Shown: piece after piece, positions 61,303 to 64,000 of the stretch
Position numbering within the stretch: the stretch's first letter is position 1
Layout of the letters: every line of letters starts with the position of its first letter
Assembly (NCBI RefSeq): GCF_964204645.1
Contig: NC_134036.1
Location: 8,098,812-8,162,811, forward strand
DNA: 64,000 nt
Direction: 5' to 3'
From: Tubulanus polymorphus
Lineage: Eukaryota > Animalia > Nemertea
Position numbers and translations under genes: made by a program
The notes under the pieces: generated by a model
What the model was told of the DNA's origin: nothing
Seen by the model: the letters and a program-made list of their open reading frames with translations, nothing else
Databases searched by the model: none

Positions 61303-61489
61303 ATCTTTCTATTCAGATTATGGTATGATATTAAAACAGACGAGTCTCTTTTAGTTTGCGGTGCTTTGAGTCAGGAGTCTCCGTCGCCCGTTGGTGTTTT
61401 AGCTGAAGACCTGAGTCCTTCTGAAGTCTAAAAAAGTGGTAAGAATGATTCCAAAGTATATGAAATGTATTAATGTGAATTGAGTTCAG

Positions 61490-63116
61490 ATGCCTCTTTT
61501 CTTTAATCTCTTAGACCAAGCTGACCTTGCTATGTTAGGAGAAAAGCGATTGTTGGACCGACCAAAGATATTCAAACTGATGAAGGCCACACTAGCGCAG
61601 CGTCGACAGGAAATAAGAAATTCAGGCGATATACTTTTCTTCATGCAAAAGTATAAATTTTTTCAACATTTAGATTATGTGAGTGCAAATATCTTTGATT
61701 TTGAAATTTCCACATCAAATAAGATTTATTTGGTTGTAAAGTTTGTTTTGGATATTTTTAGATTTTCGAGGAATTTCATTTGATGGGATATACAAGGGAC
61801 TTTCTACATAATTTTTCTCAGAGATATGAATCAATGTTAGAAAAGTTAGCCACTTTGGCTATGATGAATGGAGATATTAGCGTAAGTCAGTCGCCTAGCC
61901 CGATTGATGTTGATTTTTTAAATTACGAAGTACACTTTGAAGGGTTCTTCTGATACTGCTTGGATAATGTAATCCTGCTATTTTCATCTGTTAGCTTCAA
62001 CATTTTGTCCATGTTTCAACACATGGCTAAATCTATATAGCTGCGTTCACACGACAACTAGTTAGACCGGTCTAAATCGGTCCGCACTGGGCCCACAGGA
62101 TGTCGCCATGAGTATTTTACCCCGAAATTTATGTAAATGATCATAGATTTATGATTCCCTGGCAGTTTTTTATTTGAACAATTTTGACGCAGTGTACCAT
62201 ATATCTGGACACATGAACCTATAATAGATTCTAGGTATTTTCCAGAACAATTTATAGGGATATCTATTCAACTATCAACATACGCTGAGATTTTAAGATA
62301 AATAATAATCCGTTAGCGTACACATTAATTTTAGGTAGTATAGAAATTATATGAAATCTTAAAACTATATTAATAGGCTTGATAAGTAATTGCTGACGAT
62401 ACGATTGAATTGATATTGCAGAGTACGATTTAGACCGGCTCCTAGTACCAGTTTCTCTCCACACACACAGATTTAGTTCTGTCCTAATTTAGACCCATCT
62501 AAATAATGTCGTCTAAACGCGCCTATACAGTATATGTATTCTAAACCTACGTATTTATCATTCTAGGAGGATCAGCATCAGATTGCTTTGATTGAGTTTG
62601 TACACAATGAAACAAGCTACAATTATTGACGTTGTATAATTTCCGTTGTTGACGTAAGTTCATTTGCCTAAGCTTGAGCTAATTATGAAAATATCTGGTA
62701 CTTAAAACATTTCTTTTATTTAAAACATTCTTCTGACTTGAATTTAAGGATAGTCAAAATCTCATACAATGTTTTTATGGTTACAGTATTGGTATTTTTA
62801 GGTAGTGGACTTTGGAAAGACCAGCAATTCAGAAAATTCAGCATTCCCAAGTATTGTTGTGGTTGGTGATGGGGTATCGTATGCGCAATATTTTCTTTCT
62901 GTCGGAACAGTGCTTATGGATTGTACCACCTACAAAGATCTATCCGGAATCAAGTTAGCATTACTGGCAACACTGGTATTGTACTACATTTTTGACCTGA
63001 ACTATCCGAGACCTTTCAAGGAGTCCCTATCATTCTTTCAGGCAGTTCTATTTCAAGAAAATTGTCGTAAAGGCAATAGAACGGCCAAATTATTCAGCCA
63101 TTTTACATGTAGTTAA
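61490..63116 (+). pseudogene. Spliced SAMD3-C-terminal-like gene fragments, typically CACTA/EnSpm-associated
   Basis: KLMKATLAQRRQEI..KYKFF and PSIVVVG..YFLSV..LVLYYIFDLNYP..LSFFQAVLF motifs, with GT-AG boundaries. Confidence 0.5.
62039..62524. mobile_element. MITE, PIF/Harbinger-like
   Basis: Imperfect TIRs AGCTGCGTTCACACGACA / TGTCGTCTAAACGCGCCT in TA-rich flanks, with internal TTAGACC/GGTCTAA repeats. Confidence 0.55.
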
Positions 63117-63233
63117 ATAATACATGTAGTTGAATTCCTGTAAAATCCAGCCTTGGTAAACTAATGAGTAGTTTGAGTAAAAATACAATATTAGAATTGA
63201 AATCTGACAGTGAGATTGTAAAAGATCAGTTTG

Positions 63234-63350
63234 GTGGAGCAGATTTTGTGGCCTTTTAAAGTGAGAAGGGTCAGTGTGATTCTACGAGGCATTCATTAAT
63301 TCATTCATCCTGACCCTACTCACTTTAAAAGGCCACAACATTTGCTCCAC
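63234..63350. repeat. Hairpin / inverted repeat
   Basis: GTGGAGCAGATTTTGTGGCCTTTTAAAGTGAG pairs with CTCACTTTAAAAGGCCACAACATTTGCTCCAC. Confidence 0.75.
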
Positions 63351-64000
63351 TTAGGCGATCTTTAATTTCAGGGTCAAATTTCATCTTCAATAATAATTTT
63401 TCACTAAAACTGTATGCTATAAAATTACATTTCTGTATAGACAGTAACTTTTAGGAATTTCATTTCAGGGGATATGTAAGGGATTTTCTAAGTGATTTTT
63501 CTCAAAGATATGAAACAATGATTGAAAAGTTAGCCACTTTGGCTTGGATGAGTGGAGATATTATCATTTAGATGAACTAGAAAATGCGCATTCAGAAAAG
63601 AAATAAACCTGGAAAATCGGCAGAATTTTGAATTTGCTTGAACTATATGTGCTCTTCTTTGATTGTGTTTTTATTTCATGCTTAAGGCTGAACTGTTCAG
63701 ATATATTATATTATGTTTTTTAGTGATGCGGACTGAGATGGTCAGATATATATTTTACCATGTGAATGACATGTACTAATGCAGCTATTTAAAGGCAGCA
63801 TTCTCTTAAAAAGAGCGTGTATGTATTTGATTTACGCTTATTGTGGCCAAATACATTGGTTAAGAATTTTGATACTTCCTTTTTGACAATTTTAATTCAA
63901 AATAATAAAATTTTGGATTTCAAGATTAATCTCATCTTTTTGGTTTTTCTGCCGGGAATGTGTTGAGTTTTGCAATGTTCCCACAGGTGTTCCGGAGTTC

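Larger units (their letters stand above)
50209..61308 (+). mobile_element. Polinton-like copy D, truncated at both ends and more decayed
   Basis: Starts mid-pPolB (matches C at 37481) and has the same gene order as C. Stops or frameshifts in polB, penton, MCP, ATPase and integrase. Internal deletion at ~54850-54926. Confidence 0.93.

Noticed and set aside
63465-63565. Diverged duplicate of the exon-like segment at ~61785-61880
   Set aside because: It is a local duplication within a decayed TE-associated gene, with no evidence of function.

Overview
Eukaryotic (animal, probably invertebrate) genomic DNA. It is dominated by at least four copies or fragments of one extremely AT-rich Polinton/Maverick-like endogenous DNA virus: copy A 1-~6070, degraded inverted copy B ~8039-14050, near-complete copy C ~34816-50130, and copy D 50209-~61308 fused head-to-tail onto C. 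Copy C encodes a protein-primed DNA polymerase B (N-terminal zinc fingers, OTU-like and endonuclease-VII/HNH modules), putative major and minor jelly-roll capsid proteins, an A32/FtsK-type packaging ATPase, an rve integrase with chromodomain, and about six small membrane proteins. No adenain protease or RNA polymerase is recognisable. The most striking signal is that almost every viral gene starts at TAAATG preceded by a T-tract, the poxvirus late-promoter architecture. This suggests a virophage-like element transcribed by a cytoplasmic large DNA virus. The copies are mosaics of swappable modules, show two gene orders, carry copy-specific palindromic spacers and contain a recurring tiny in-frame hairpin insertion. 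Between the viral copies lie host repeats (Gypsy LTR remnants, a Helentron-type HINE, a Zisupton/KDZ-like transposase pseudogene with inverted ~185-bp arrays, LINE, THAP and CACTA-type remnants) and one intact three-exon host gene for a secreted single-WSC-domain protein. All family assignments come from motif recognition by eye, not database searches.
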